Shown: positions 38,539 through 49,022, numbered from the stretch's first letter. The stretch is 64,000 nucleotides of DNA from Bacteroidota bacterium (GCA_018816945.1 JAHIVC010000099.1:128554-192553); one strand, 5' to 3'. The notes: a model not told the origin generated them from the sequence alone. Program-made: numbers and translations.

Positions 38539-39639
38539 TTAATGACGCTCTTCTGTTGCCATTCCAAAATAAAGTGCCGATAGCAAGGTAAATACGTATG
38601 CTTGTATGAAGGCAACCAAAAACTCAAGCAGTCCGATGAAAATTACAAATGCAACTGTAAAAATTGAAACGCCATATCCAAGGGCAACGTTCATATTTCC
38701 GAAAATGAAAATCAAACTAATGAATCCAAATACGATAATATGGCCAGCCGTAATGTTGGCGAAAAGCCTAACCATGAGCACAAATGGCTTTGTAAAAACA
38801 CCAAGAAGTTCAACTACTGGCATCAAAGGTACCGGAAATTTAAGCCACCAAGGCACTCCCGGTGTGTTTACAATATGCGTCCAGTAGTGTTTATTTGCGC
38901 TAAAAGTGGTAATTAAAAATGTAAATAAGGCCAATACCCCTGTAACGGCAATATTACCTGTAACATTTGCCCCTCCCGGGAAAAATGGAATTAATCCCAG
39001 AACATTGTTAATTAAAATAAAGAAGAATATGGTCAATAAAAAAGGCACGTATTTCTCATAATTTTTCCCGATCGAAGCTTTTGCAACATCATCTCGGATA
39101 AAAAGAATAAGAGGTTCAACAAAAGACTGGAGGCCCTTAGGTGCTTTTCCGACTCGTTTTTTATAGGAATTTGCTACAGAAATAAAAATGAAGCAAATGA
39201 TAAGCAGACTGATAAAAATAGCCGTTACATTTTTTGTGATTGAAAAATCTAATGGGGTCTGTTGTTCGGCATGTTCGTCGTGGTTGACTTTAATAATTTT
39301 GCCTTTGTTTTTGCCTGTATGTGCTATTTCGAATCCTTTATAACTGGCATGGCCATGTTCAAATTTGGCTGATGAAAAAATATAAAAATTACCCTCATCA
39401 ATTAAAATAACAGGCAATGGAATTGCGATGGTATGTTCTCCATAATCCAAAATGTGCCAACTGTAAGAATCAATAATATGCTCGATGATGGCCTCGCCTG
39501 CATTGTATTCTTTTTTTATACTTTCGTGTTGTATCGATTCTGTTTCGGTTGCCTGAAGGCTTAAACCTGCAACCATTAAAAGGGAAAGAATAATACTCCT
39601 AATCAATTTTGATTCCTTGAATCTATATCTGTCGACCAT
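38539..39639 (-). CDS. atpB: F0F1 ATP synthase subunit a (with the long N-terminal extension typical of Bacteroidota)
   Basis: The C-terminal region LMVRLFANITAGH contains the conserved Arg. It is the first gene of the operon. Confidence 0.9.
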   Translation of the reverse strand: MVDRYRFKESKLIRSIILSLLMVAGLSLQATETESIQHESIKKEYNAGEAIIEHIIDSYSWHILDYGEHTIAIPLPVILIDEGNFYIFSSAKFEHGHASYKGFEIAHTGKNKGKIIKVNHDEHAEQQTPLDFSITKNVTAIFISLLIICFIFISVANSYKKRVGKAPKGLQSFVEPLILFIRDDVAKASIGKNYEKYVPFLLTIFFFILINNVLGLIPFFPGGANVTGNIAVTGVLALFTFLITTFSANKHYWTHIVNTPGVPWWLKFPVPLMPVVELLGVFTKPFVLMVRLFANITAGHIIVFGFISLIFIFGNMNVALGYGVSIFTVAFVIFIGLLEFLVAFIQAYVFTLLSALYFGMATEERH

Positions 39640-39855
39640 CTATAAAACACTCCATTTCTAGTAGCGTGCAATTTTACGAATAATTCACGAAATACTAATG
39701 GTTTTTTAATTTATTTTATCAGATTACTAATGAATTATGAGTGCCTTGATCTAAAAGTTGCTAATAAATATGCTCAATACAAATAAAGGAATTGATTTGG
39801 TCCGAAATATTCGTATATTTAGAAATGACTTTATGTTTCACCAATAAGAAAAACA

Positions 39856-40356
39856 ATGAAAAAGCCAATTTTATTCCTGATTCTCTTTACAATGCTGATG
39901 AGCTGCAAAGAGAAGGAAACAGAATCCATCGATTTTAAGGCTGAAATCCTTAGTGTGGAATCCGTTTTGCAACAATATGTGCTGGCAAATGAAACCCAGG
40001 ATTTTGAATTAATAGAAAAAATTTGGGCTCCCAGTGAAAATATTGTAATGATTGGAACAGATTCGGATGAAAGATTAGTGGGTTGGAAAATGATAGAAAA
40101 AGCCATAAAACAACAATTTAGTGAGTTTCAGGAAACCAAAATTACCGTAAGTAATCAATTGATCAGGATAAATGAAACAGCTAATTCTGCCTGGTTTAGC
40201 GAACTTCTGGCTTATAACTTCATTTATAAAGATGGGGCTAAAAGATTCAATGGTATGCGATTTACAGGTGTTTTGGAAAAAATTAATGATCGATGGTTGT
40301 TGGTACAGGGCCATTTATCGATCCCTGCCGAAGTTGAGATGAATGAAGTTTACTAA
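39856..40356 (+). CDS. NTF2-like / SnoaL (DUF4440-like) lipoprotein
   Basis: It has the lipobox LMSC, is ~150 aa when mature, and has an alpha+beta cone pattern ending in RWLLVQGHLS. Confidence 0.55.
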   Translation: MKKPILFLILFTMLMSCKEKETESIDFKAEILSVESVLQQYVLANETQDFELIEKIWAPSENIVMIGTDSDERLVGWKMIEKAIKQQFSEFQETKITVSNQLIRINETANSAWFSELLAYNFIYKDGAKRFNGMRFTGVLEKINDRWLLVQGHLSIPAEVEMNEVY

Positions 40357-40442
40357 AATTTCATGCATCTTTGCATTTTGATAGAACCTGAATTTTTAAG
40401 GATTCTTTACTTTTTATTTTAATAATTTCATAAAACTAAACA

Positions 40443-40679
40443 ATGTCAAAACCAAATATAGCAGCTAAATTCCCAAAAGCAATTGAAATGGAACCGGGCG
40501 ACTATTATTGGTGCGCCTGTGGAAAAAGTGCCAATCAACCATTTTGCGACGGATCACATAAAGGATCAGAATTCAGTCCGAAACTGATTAAAATTGAAGA
40601 AAAAAAGACCATTTACTGGTGTATGTGCAAACAAACCAAAAATCCACCTTTTTGCGATGGAACGCATAAAATTCTTTAA
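40443..40679 (+). CDS. CDGSH iron-sulfur domain protein (two CDGSH motifs)
   Basis: The motifs are CACGKSANQPFCDGSH and CMCKQTKNPPFCDGTH. Confidence 0.88.
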   Translation: MSKPNIAAKFPKAIEMEPGDYYWCACGKSANQPFCDGSHKGSEFSPKLIKIEEKKTIYWCMCKQTKNPPFCDGTHKIL

Positions 40680-40729
40680 ATGCAATATTCCTTTTTCTTT
40701 CATTTTTTTGATTAAATGGTTTTATTTTC

Positions 40730-41152
40730 ATGAAAATTTTACGTTTTACTTTTGAGAACAAAAAGTTACTTGATCAAGCTTTTTTATTACGTACAAAAGT
40801 GTTCATTGAAGAACAAAAGGTTGATTCAGCGCTGGAATTTGAAAATGAAGAAGAAGCCATCCATTATTTGCTTTTCGTTGGGAAAAAGGCTGTAGCTACA
40901 GGGAGGTGGAGGCAAACTCCGAACGGAATCAAACTTGAACGATTTGTCACTTTAAAAAATTACAGAGCCAAAGGATATGGGCTTATGCTTTTGCAGCACA
41001 TTTTAACCGAAGTGATTCCATTAAACCAACCCATTTATTTACATGCTCAAATCTCGGCTCTTGGTTTTTATAAAAGAAATGGATTTTCCGAATCGGGTAA
41101 GCCATTCGATGAAGCTGGTATTGCGCATTATTTGATGTTTTTTAGGCCTTAA
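40730..41152 (+). CDS. GNAT-family N-acetyltransferase
   Basis: Motif A is LKNYRAKGYGLMLLQH, with YKRNGF at the C-terminus. Confidence 0.8.
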   Translation: MKILRFTFENKKLLDQAFLLRTKVFIEEQKVDSALEFENEEEAIHYLLFVGKKAVATGRWRQTPNGIKLERFVTLKNYRAKGYGLMLLQHILTEVIPLNQPIYLHAQISALGFYKRNGFSESGKPFDEAGIAHYLMFFRP

Positions 41153-41168
41153 AAAAATCAACTCTTTT

Positions 41169-42011
41169 TTAAACAAGTGGTATTTCAACCCACTCTTTAT
41201 CGAAATTCATCACCTTATTAAAACCCAAATTTTTTAAATCTGAAATCGTTTCGGAGATGAACAACAAAAGTTCTTTTGGATTGTGAGCATCCGAACTGAT
41301 GGTAATTGGAATATGGAGTGATTTTATTTTTTTCAGGACTTCAACACCGGGAAAAAGAGAATCGCTTCTTTTTTTATATAAGCCCCTTGTGTTTACCTCA
41401 ACGATACATCCTTTTGATTTTATCAAGTCGAGGGTCTGATCAATTTCTTGCTGATACCAACCTTCATCTTCAGTAAAAAATCGATTTTGATTGTGCATCT
41501 TTACCTTATCCAGATGCCCGATAATGTCCGGGTTTTGGGTAAGAATCATTTGGTTAATCTGATTATAATATGCTTTTACCGCCAACCGGATATCTCCATG
41601 ATAATTTTTTTGTAACCCTTCATCGTAAGGAATGGCACTGCCCCCATCGGTAAACCAAAATTGTTCGGTATTTTGATTACCGACCAAATGCACTGATCCG
41701 ATGGTGTAATCCAATTGATATTTTTTAGTGAGAATTTCAAAATCTTCGGTTACACCCGGGATATAATCAAACTCTAAAGACTTTAGAACTTTAATTTGTC
41801 CTTGGTATTTTTTCTTTAGACGCCCAATTTCATCAATATATTCGGAAAGTTTTTCAGCTGGGATTGCATATTTATTTTCAAAAGGCATGGGTGCATGTCC
41901 CGAAAAACCAAGAGTTGATAAATTCAAATCTATCGCTGCTTTTACATAGGCTTCAGGGGCGTCTGATCCATCACAAAAATGAGTGTGGGTATGCAAGTTA
42001 AAAAATCTCAT
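41169..42011 (-). CDS. PHP-family histidinol-phosphatase (HisJ/HisK type)
   Basis: The N-terminus is LHTHTHFCDGS, with internal GSVH and the C-terminal SSDAH metal ligands. Confidence 0.8.
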   Translation of the reverse strand: MRFFNLHTHTHFCDGSDAPEAYVKAAIDLNLSTLGFSGHAPMPFENKYAIPAEKLSEYIDEIGRLKKKYQGQIKVLKSLEFDYIPGVTEDFEILTKKYQLDYTIGSVHLVGNQNTEQFWFTDGGSAIPYDEGLQKNYHGDIRLAVKAYYNQINQMILTQNPDIIGHLDKVKMHNQNRFFTEDEGWYQQEIDQTLDLIKSKGCIVEVNTRGLYKKRSDSLFPGVEVLKKIKSLHIPITISSDAHNPKELLLFISETISDLKNLGFNKVMNFDKEWVEIPLV

Positions 42012-42071
42012 AACCTCATGATTAATTAAATACGCATTGTTGTCTTTATTAAATTCTATTATTTTATTAAA

Positions 42072-42130
42072 GGCTCTTAGCGGTTAGCTTTTAGTTATTG
42101 GAAAGAACCAGTAGCCAACAGCGAACAGCA
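42072..42130. repeat. Low-complexity intergenic repeat (tagc / gccaacagc words)
   Basis: The sequence is ggctcttagcggttagcttttagttattggaaagaaccagtagccaacagcgaacagca. It is related, partly as a reverse complement, to 33725-33788 and 32801-32846. Confidence 0.6.
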
Positions 42131-42202
42131 TGTCAATATTGGTAATCGAACTTCTTATAATCAATTACCAAAATTCTAATCCTAAATTTTTTTTGGAATA
42201 TT

Positions 42203-43471
42203 TCAAGCTTCAAATTCAACATCAATTACTTTATAAACCTTATCCATTCTGCGAACAAGTGATTTTACGGGAATGGAACAAAGCTCTCCTTTTATTGTTT
42301 TTTGTTTTTTGTTTTCATCTACCCTGATTTCCGATAATTTATCCTCATAAACTCCGGTTGTCGGACCAATGATCATGATATCATCCTCCAGATTTAAGTC
42401 GTGGCTTTCCATTTTAATTTCTGCTACGCCGATATTTGAGAAATAATTGGTTACCATGCCAACATAAACTTTTCTTTTTGTGGCCTGCGACCCGTATCTT
42501 TCAGTCCATTCACCTGTTTTACGACCCAAATAATAGCCATCCCAAAAACCACGATTGTAAACAGAACCAAGTTTTTGGTTCCATCGGCCAATATTTTCTT
42601 TGGTATAATTTCCATCGAAATAAGCCTGAGCCGCTTCTTTATAACATTCAACAACCGTTTTAACATATTCGGGCGAACGCCCCCTGCCTTCCAATTTTAA
42701 AACCTTTACACCTGCACCTAAAATCAAATCCAAAAATTCGATGGTGTTCAAATCTTTGGGCGACATGATGTACTCATTGTCAACCTCCAGCTCAATTCCA
42801 CCATCTTTATCCATCACTTTGTAAGGCCTGCGACAAATTTGTAAACAAGCTCCCCTGTTTGCCGATGAATTCAAATTATCAAGGCTTAAATAACACTTGC
42901 CCGATACGGCCATACACAATGCTCCATGAGCAAAAATTTCAATTTGGATCAGGTTTCCCGAAGGGCCACAAATATTTTGTTTACTGATCGCTTCGGTAAT
43001 GGCTTTTACTTGTTTAAGGTTTAATTCCCTAGCAGTAACCATCACATCCGCGTATTGGGCATAATATTTAACCGCTTCGATATTGGTAATATTGGTTTGT
43101 GTCGACATGTGGATTTCCATTCCAACTGATTTGGAGTATTGAATCACACTTTGATCGGATGCGATGATAGCAGAAATCCCGTTCAATTTCGCGGCATCCA
43201 CAATACTTTTCATCAGCATCAGCTCCTCGTCATAAATGACCGTATTCAGCGTAATGTAGGTCCGCACATTTTCCTTCTTGCAAATGGACGCGATATTTGC
43301 CAAATCATCGAGGGTAAAATTATTGGATGATTTGGAGCGCATGTTTAATTGTTCCACCCCGAAATAAACCGAGTCCGTTCCGGCCTGCAGAGCAGCAGAT
43401 AATGATTCGTAAGAACCAACAGGGGCCATTATTTCAACTTGTGCAGCATTCATCATTATTATTTTTTGCAA
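42203..43471 (-). CDS. Peptidase U32 family protein
   Basis: VEIMAPVGSYESLSAALQAGTDSVYFG, the Cys-containing core (HGALCMAVSGKCYLS) and ELEVDNEYIMSPKDL are present. The start is uncertain, as several Met codons lie near the N-terminus. Confidence 0.85.
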   Translation of the reverse strand: MQKIIMMNAAQVEIMAPVGSYESLSAALQAGTDSVYFGVEQLNMRSKSSNNFTLDDLANIASICKKENVRTYITLNTVIYDEELMLMKSIVDAAKLNGISAIIASDQSVIQYSKSVGMEIHMSTQTNITNIEAVKYYAQYADVMVTARELNLKQVKAITEAISKQNICGPSGNLIQIEIFAHGALCMAVSGKCYLSLDNLNSSANRGACLQICRRPYKVMDKDGGIELEVDNEYIMSPKDLNTIEFLDLILGAGVKVLKLEGRGRSPEYVKTVVECYKEAAQAYFDGNYTKENIGRWNQKLGSVYNRGFWDGYYLGRKTGEWTERYGSQATKRKVYVGMVTNYFSNIGVAEIKMESHDLNLEDDIMIIGPTTGVYEDKLSEIRVDENKKQKTIKGELCSIPVKSLVRRMDKVYKVIDVEFEA

Positions 43472-43517
43472 AAGTACGAGTTTAATAACAATTCATTCAT
43501 GCTCAAATTTAATATGT

Positions 43518-43525
43518 TAATTTTG
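43518..43525 (+). promoter_or_regulatory. Candidate -7 promoter element (TAnnTTTG) for dcp
   Basis: The sequence taattttg lies ~95 nt upstream of the ATG at 43620. Confidence 0.25.
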
Positions 43526-43619
43526 CACTCCAAGCTAAGGTTGAAGTACTGTAAAGAATGCATGGTTTTTTAATCTTAGTAATATTTTTTACCTTAAATC
43601 TTGTTAAACAAAACATAAA

Positions 43620-45653
43620 ATGAATATAAATCCTTTATTAACAAATTGGAACTTTCCCCATCAAACAGCTCCATTTAATGAAATCAAAGTGGAACATTAC
43701 TTGCCTGCAATAGAAATTAGTATTCGGGATGCAAAAAAGGAAATTGATGCCATTATTACAAATTCAGAAAAGCCAACTTTTCAAAATACGCTTGAAGCTT
43801 TAGAACTAGCGGGAGCTAAATTGAGTGAAATCGCCAGTTTGCTTTACAATCAAAATTCCGCTGAAACTTGTGATGAATTGCAGGCGGTGGCAAGAGATGC
43901 CTCTCCAAAACTGACCGAATATTCAAATTATATTTCACTGAATGAACAACTTTTCAAGAAGATAAAAACGGTTTACGATGAAAGGGAAAATCTGACCCTC
44001 ACCCCTGAACAAATCTATTTGCTTGAACATACTTACAAAAATTTCGTTCGCAGAGGAGCTGCTTTAACAGGTAACGACAAAAAAAAATATGCTGAAATCA
44101 GTACCGAACTGGCCAAATTATCGCTCAAATTCGGAGAAAATGTTTTGGCCGAAACCAATGCTTTTTCACTTTTAGTAACAGATGAAAAAAATTTATCGGG
44201 ATTACCGGAGGGAGTTATTGAAGCAGCCGCTCAATTGGCTAAATCGAAAGAGAAAGAAGGCTGGATGTTCAACCTTCAATTCCCCAGTTATTACCCTTTT
44301 TTACAATTTGCAGACAATCGCAAACTGCGCGAAGAAATTTATCGTGCTTCGGGTAGTCGTGCATTTAAAAATAATGAATTTAACAATGAAGAAATTATAA
44401 AACAAATCGTTTCTTTGCGTTTGGAAATGGCAAAATTGCTAGGTTTTGTGAATTATGCTCAATATGTTTTGGAAGAACGAATGGCGCAAACCCCCGAAAA
44501 AGTAAATGATTTTATTCAGGATTTGCACAAATACTCCCGACCGGTTGCCGATAAAGAATATGCAGAAGTTGAAAAACTTGCGCGAAAAGAAGGCTTTCAC
44601 GATGCTGTTGAAAGATGGGACTGGGCTTATTATACCGAAAAATTAAAAGCCGAAAAATATGGTTTTAATGAAGAAGAGGTAAAGCCTTATTTTCAGCTTG
44701 AAAAAGTTCAGGATGGCGTTTTTGAATTGGCTAAACGATTGTATGGCCTGAGTTTTAAAGAAAATAGGGCCGTTCAGGTTTACCATCAGGATGTGAGTGC
44801 TTATGAGGTTTATGATGAAGACGGTTCGTTTTTATCCGTTCTGTATCTCGATTTCTTTCCCAGAGAAGGCAAAAGACACGGGGCTTGGAGCAGCGATTAC
44901 CGTCCACAAAGCAATGTGAATGGAAACCCTATCAGGCCGATTATTACCGTGGTTTGTAATTTTACCAAGCCTACCAAAAGCAAACCATCTTTGCTGAATT
45001 TCAGGGAAGTTGAAACTTTTTTGCATGAATTCGGTCACGCGCTGCATGGAATGCTATCAAACACAAGCTATCCAAGCTTATCGGGCACCAATGTTTTTTG
45101 GGACTTTGTGGAGCTTCCTTCACAAATGATGGAAAACTGGGCCTCCCAAAAAGAATGGCTCGATTTATTTGCCGTGCACTATAAAACAGGTGAGAAAATA
45201 CCTGACGACCTCATCCAAAAACTGATCAAATCCAAAAACTTTTTGGCCGGTTATGCAAGCGATCGACAAATAAGCCTTGGAATGACCGATATGGCCTGGC
45301 ATACAATTACCGAACCTGTAAATGCCAAGGTTTACGACTTTGAAAAAAATGCGATGAGTGATACTGAACTATTTCCAAAAATTGAAGAAACCTGCACAAG
45401 TACTGCTTTTTCGCATATTTTTGGTGGGGGTTATGCAGCCGGATATTACAGTTACAAATGGGCCGAAGTGCTGGATGCCGATGCCTTTGCTGCATTTAAA
45501 GAAAAGGGAATTTTTGACAAGGCAACCGCAACCTCTTTTCGTAAAAACATTTTGGAAAAAGGTGGAACCCAACACCCCATGGAATTGTATATTAATTTCC
45601 GTGGACACGAGCCAATGGTTGATGCCTTATTGGAGCGGAGTGGGTTGAAGTGA
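43620..45653 (+). CDS. dcp: M3-family peptidyl-dipeptidase (Dcp-like)
   Basis: The zinc site is HEFGHALH, with FVELPSQMMENW downstream. The length is 677 aa. Confidence 0.9.
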   Translation: MNINPLLTNWNFPHQTAPFNEIKVEHYLPAIEISIRDAKKEIDAIITNSEKPTFQNTLEALELAGAKLSEIASLLYNQNSAETCDELQAVARDASPKLTEYSNYISLNEQLFKKIKTVYDERENLTLTPEQIYLLEHTYKNFVRRGAALTGNDKKKYAEISTELAKLSLKFGENVLAETNAFSLLVTDEKNLSGLPEGVIEAAAQLAKSKEKEGWMFNLQFPSYYPFLQFADNRKLREEIYRASGSRAFKNNEFNNEEIIKQIVSLRLEMAKLLGFVNYAQYVLEERMAQTPEKVNDFIQDLHKYSRPVADKEYAEVEKLARKEGFHDAVERWDWAYYTEKLKAEKYGFNEEEVKPYFQLEKVQDGVFELAKRLYGLSFKENRAVQVYHQDVSAYEVYDEDGSFLSVLYLDFFPREGKRHGAWSSDYRPQSNVNGNPIRPIITVVCNFTKPTKSKPSLLNFREVETFLHEFGHALHGMLSNTSYPSLSGTNVFWDFVELPSQMMENWASQKEWLDLFAVHYKTGEKIPDDLIQKLIKSKNFLAGYASDRQISLGMTDMAWHTITEPVNAKVYDFEKNAMSDTELFPKIEETCTSTAFSHIFGGGYAAGYYSYKWAEVLDADAFAAFKEKGIFDKATATSFRKNILEKGGTQHPMELYINFRGHEPMVDALLERSGLK

Positions 45654-45693
45654 GCAGGCACATCGAGTGATAGGAAGTCATACGGTAGACATA

Positions 45694-45728
45694 CGATAGA
45701 CATACAGTAGTATTACAATTGTTGAAAA
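45694..45728. repeat. Direct repeat copy 1 flanking the 45785 gene
   Basis: The sequence cgatagacatacagtagtattacaattgttgaaaa is preceded by a tandem half-unit, ggtagacatac. Confidence 0.8.
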
Positions 45729-45784
45729 TACTAAATAAAACTAATCTATCTTTAGCACATCTTCAAATCAATTAATAAAACAAA

Positions 45785-46402
45785 ATGAAACATGTAAAAA
45801 CACCATTAAAAATTATAGCAATCTTAATTTTCAGCACACTTTTTTGCTGCAAATTAATTGCTCAGGAAAAAAAAGAGTCCGGTTCAAAAACCAGAGAATT
45901 TAAACATGCATTAAATATATGTCCCATTGCCCCGGCTTTCGGGATTTATGCGTTGAACTACGAATATTTATTCAGCCCTAAAAATGGGATTCTAGCTCGT
46001 CTTGAATACGAGGACGTTCCTAAAGCTTATACTGATGCCAACATCGAATCCAGTGGAATGGCCTATTCACTCAATTACCGTAGGCATTTTTCCGGTCAAA
46101 TGGAATCATTATTTTTGGGTGCTTATGCCAGATTCAAAACCTACGAAGGCAATGGAGAAATCGATTCTGAAAAATTTGATTTTACTTTACCTTCTTTCAC
46201 CATTGGTTTGAATGCCGGAAAAAGATGGGTTTGGAACAGTGGATTTAACATCACACTATCAGCCGGATATGGTTTATCTATCGACAAACGTAATACCACA
46301 CCAAACAGTATTGCTATCAACTCTGCACTCGATCAACTTGAAAAGGAATATGATTTTATGTCGCCTCTTTATGGTGAGCTTTCAATCGGGTTCGCATTTT
46401 AA
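45785..46402 (+). CDS. Hypothetical secreted protein, probably an outer-membrane beta-barrel (DUF3575-like, tentative)
   Basis: It has a signal peptide, alternating hydrophobic beta-strand patterns, and a terminal aromatic residue (SIGFAF). Confidence 0.45.
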   Translation: MKHVKTPLKIIAILIFSTLFCCKLIAQEKKESGSKTREFKHALNICPIAPAFGIYALNYEYLFSPKNGILARLEYEDVPKAYTDANIESSGMAYSLNYRRHFSGQMESLFLGAYARFKTYEGNGEIDSEKFDFTLPSFTIGLNAGKRWVWNSGFNITLSAGYGLSIDKRNTTPNSIAINSALDQLEKEYDFMSPLYGELSIGFAF

Positions 46403-46406
46403 CATT

Positions 46407-46440
46407 CGATAGACATGCAGTTGTAATACAATTGTTAAAA
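46407..46440. repeat. Direct repeat copy 2 flanking the 45785 gene
   Basis: The sequence cgatagacatgcagttgtaatacaattgttaaaa starts 5 nt after the stop codon, and about 30 of its 34 nt match copy 1. A third partial copy, gtattacaattgtaaa, lies at ~30770. Confidence 0.8.
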
Positions 46441-46596
46441 AATTTTGTTATTCCGGCAATAATAGGAATAAATAAGTCATATCGAGCTTCCGCCGCAGTG
46501 GCAGTGGTTCATACTCAGCAGAAGCGTAGTCTTTATTAAACACATTTAGTTTTTCTAGATATAATAAATTCATATCTTTGTAAAAACAAAGTAAAA

Positions 46597-46827
46597 ATGC
46601 GTCACATCAATACTTCATACCTGTCAAACGACGAATGCTGGGGAATCCAGATTAACGGATTGCTGCATTGCCAAAACTGCAAATGGACCGGAATCAGTGC
46701 CTGCGAAGGAAAAAACATCGTAAAGACCCATCGGAATTCGAAAGGATATAAAATTGAAGACCTGGGTTTAAATATGAACGATTATGATCCGGCTTTTGAT
46801 AAGTCAAAAATCAAATCAACAATTTAG
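46597..46827 (+). CDS. Small Cys-containing hypothetical protein
   Basis: It is 76 aa with four Cys (C14, C25, C28, C36; includes CxxC). Its 3' end overlaps the aspS stop by 4 nt. The coding status is unproven. Confidence 0.3.
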   Translation: MRHINTSYLSNDECWGIQINGLLHCQNCKWTGISACEGKNIVKTHRNSKGYKIEDLGLNMNDYDPAFDKSKIKSTI

Positions 46828-48572
46828 TCTTTAATTAATTTCAGGCTTAATTCATCCAATTGCACCTGTGAAATCTGAGAAGGTGAATCAATCATCTGGT
46901 CGCGACCGGCATTGTTTTTCGGGAAAGCGATATAATCGCGAATGGAATCGGAACCACCAAACAAAGCAACCCAACGATCGAAACCAAAGGCTACCCCTCC
47001 GTGAGGCGGAGCTCCAAATTCAAAAGCATTCATTAAAAAGCCAAACTGTGCCTGCGCATCTTCATCGGTAAAACCGAGTATTTTGAACATTTTCTTTTGC
47101 AAATCTTTGTTGAAAATCCGGATGGAACCCCCTCCGATTTCAACCCCATTGATGACCATATCGTAAGCATTGGCCCTTACTTTTCCCGGATCGGTTGAAA
47201 GTAGTTCAATATCTTCTTTCTTTGGCGAAGTAAAGGGGTGGTGCATGGCGTGAAATCTGCCGCTTTCTTCGTTCCATTCCAATAATGGAAAATCGACCAC
47301 CCAAAGTGGTTTAAAATTATTCGGGTCTTTTAAACCCAATTGATTAGCCATTTCAATTCGAAGTTCGCCCAATTGTTTTTGAACCCTTTCGGTTTCACCC
47401 GATAAAACCAGTAATAAATCACCTGCTTTGGCATTCATTTTTTCAGCCCATAACTTAAGTGCAGCCTCATCAAAAAACTTATCGACCGATGATTTGAAAG
47501 TGCCATCTTCATTGCATTTTACATAAACAAGACCTTTGGCACCTATTTGAGGTTTTTTAACAAAATCGGTCAAGGCATCCAGTTGTTTACGGGTATATTC
47601 AGCACATCCTTCAGCACAAATCCCAACCACCAATTCCGCATCGTCAAAAACCTGAAATCCTTTATTTTTTGCAACATCATTCAATTCTATAAATTTCATT
47701 TCGAAACGCAAATCGGGTTTGTCGATTCCGTAATTTTTCATGGCATCGGCATAGGTCATTCGTGGAAATTCGGCCACCTCAATACCTTTAATTTCCTTAA
47801 ATAAATGACGGGCTAAACCTTCAAAAGTGTTCAAAATATCTTCCTGCTCTACAAATGCCATTTCGCAATCAATCTGGGTAAACTCAGGCTGGCGATCGGC
47901 GCGTAAATCTTCGTCCCTGAAACATTTTACCAACTGATAATACCGATCGTAACCGGCTACCATCAGTAATTGTTTAAAGGTTTGCGGTGATTGGGGCAAA
48001 GCATAAAACTGATTTTTATTCATTCGTGAAGGCACCACAAAATCGCGTGCTCCTTCGGGGGTAGATTTGATAAGGTAAGGGGTTTCAATTTCTAGAAATC
48101 GTTGCGAATCCATGTATTTTCGCGTTTCAATCGACATGCGATGGCGCAATTCTAAATTTCGTCGAAGCGGATTTCGTCGAAGGTCCAGATATCGATATTT
48201 CATGCGAAGTTCATCTCCTCCGTCCGATTCGTCTTCGATGGTGAATGGTGGGGTTTTCGACTCGTTTAAAATTTTGAAATCAGTAACGGCAACTTCAATT
48301 TCGCCGGTTAGCATTTTCAAATTTTTATTGCTTCGTTCCTCGACAATACCCATTGCCTGAATTACAAACTCACGTCCCAGTTTCCTGGCTTTCATGCATA
48401 ACTCTTTATCCGTTTCAAGGTTAAAAACCAATTGGGTAATGCCATATCGATCCCTTAAATCAATGAAAGTCATTCCTCCCAAATCCCTTGATTTTTGAAC
48501 CCATCCGCTTAATGTGGTTTTTTCGCCCACATTTTTCATGTTTAATTTTCCGCAAGTGTGTGTACGCAACAT
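46824..48572 (-). CDS. aspS: Aspartate--tRNA ligase
   Basis: It has class II motifs and a bacterial-type insertion: [39 protein letters not shown]-like [10 protein letters not shown]. Confidence 0.96.
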   Translation of the reverse strand: MLRTHTCGKLNMKNVGEKTTLSGWVQKSRDLGGMTFIDLRDRYGITQLVFNLETDKELCMKARKLGREFVIQAMGIVEERSNKNLKMLTGEIEVAVTDFKILNESKTPPFTIEDESDGGDELRMKYRYLDLRRNPLRRNLELRHRMSIETRKYMDSQRFLEIETPYLIKSTPEGARDFVVPSRMNKNQFYALPQSPQTFKQLLMVAGYDRYYQLVKCFRDEDLRADRQPEFTQIDCEMAFVEQEDILNTFEGLARHLFKEIKGIEVAEFPRMTYADAMKNYGIDKPDLRFEMKFIELNDVAKNKGFQVFDDAELVVGICAEGCAEYTRKQLDALTDFVKKPQIGAKGLVYVKCNEDGTFKSSVDKFFDEAALKLWAEKMNAKAGDLLLVLSGETERVQKQLGELRIEMANQLGLKDPNNFKPLWVVDFPLLEWNEESGRFHAMHHPFTSPKKEDIELLSTDPGKVRANAYDMVINGVEIGGGSIRIFNKDLQKKMFKILGFTDEDAQAQFGFLMNAFEFGAPPHGGVAFGFDRWVALFGGSDSIRDYIAFPKNNAGRDQMIDSPSQISQVQLDELSLKLIKD

Positions 48573-48640
48573 ATGATTTTTCTTAATTTTTTATTAACAC
48601 CAGTATAGCCTATTCAGCAGGACAAAACAATTAATAAATT

Positions 48641-49013
48641 GTCACATCGAGCCATCCGTTGAGCTTGTCGAAACGAGGCGAGATGTCTGAATGACAAAAT
48701 GAAACAAGATTTTGAAATATTTCGACAAGCTCCTCAATTTGACTTAAATTCTCTGCGAAATTACAAAAAATACCAAGTTAAATTTATCGCAACAATTTGA
48801 GATTGTTAAATCTCGATAATAAAAACACAAACAGTCACATCGAGCGAAGTCGAGATGTTGAATATCAACACAGTTCCCGACATTTATCCGCCTTTGGCGG
48901 AAGCTCGAACTGACTGCTGAGTTAATGTCTTTTCAATCCCGATTTTCGGGAGAGAAATCTCTCACTCATAGAAAATTGAGATCTCTCAGTCGCTATGCTT
49001 CTTCGAGATGACA
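48641..49013. repeat. Cluster of short hairpin-forming intergenic repeats (GTCAyaTCGAGC family and others)
   Basis: Copies are gtcacatcgagcc (48641), gtcacatcgagcgaagtcgagatg (48834) and the reverse copy ttcgagatgac (49002). A 13-bp perfect inverted repeat pairs gagcttgtcgaaa (48661) with tttcgacaagctc (48720). Mini-hairpins are ccgcctttggcgg (48888) and cccgattttcggg (48938). Confidence 0.75.
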
Positions 49014-49022
49014 GATTAAGCT

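Noticed and set aside
48573-49022. A CRISPR array, considered for this spacer and for the repeat blocks at 31860-32150 and 32744-32846.
   Set aside because: The repeats are heterogeneous words of 7-25 nt without regular repeat-spacer periodicity. No cas genes are in the window. The tandem arrays have no spacers at all.
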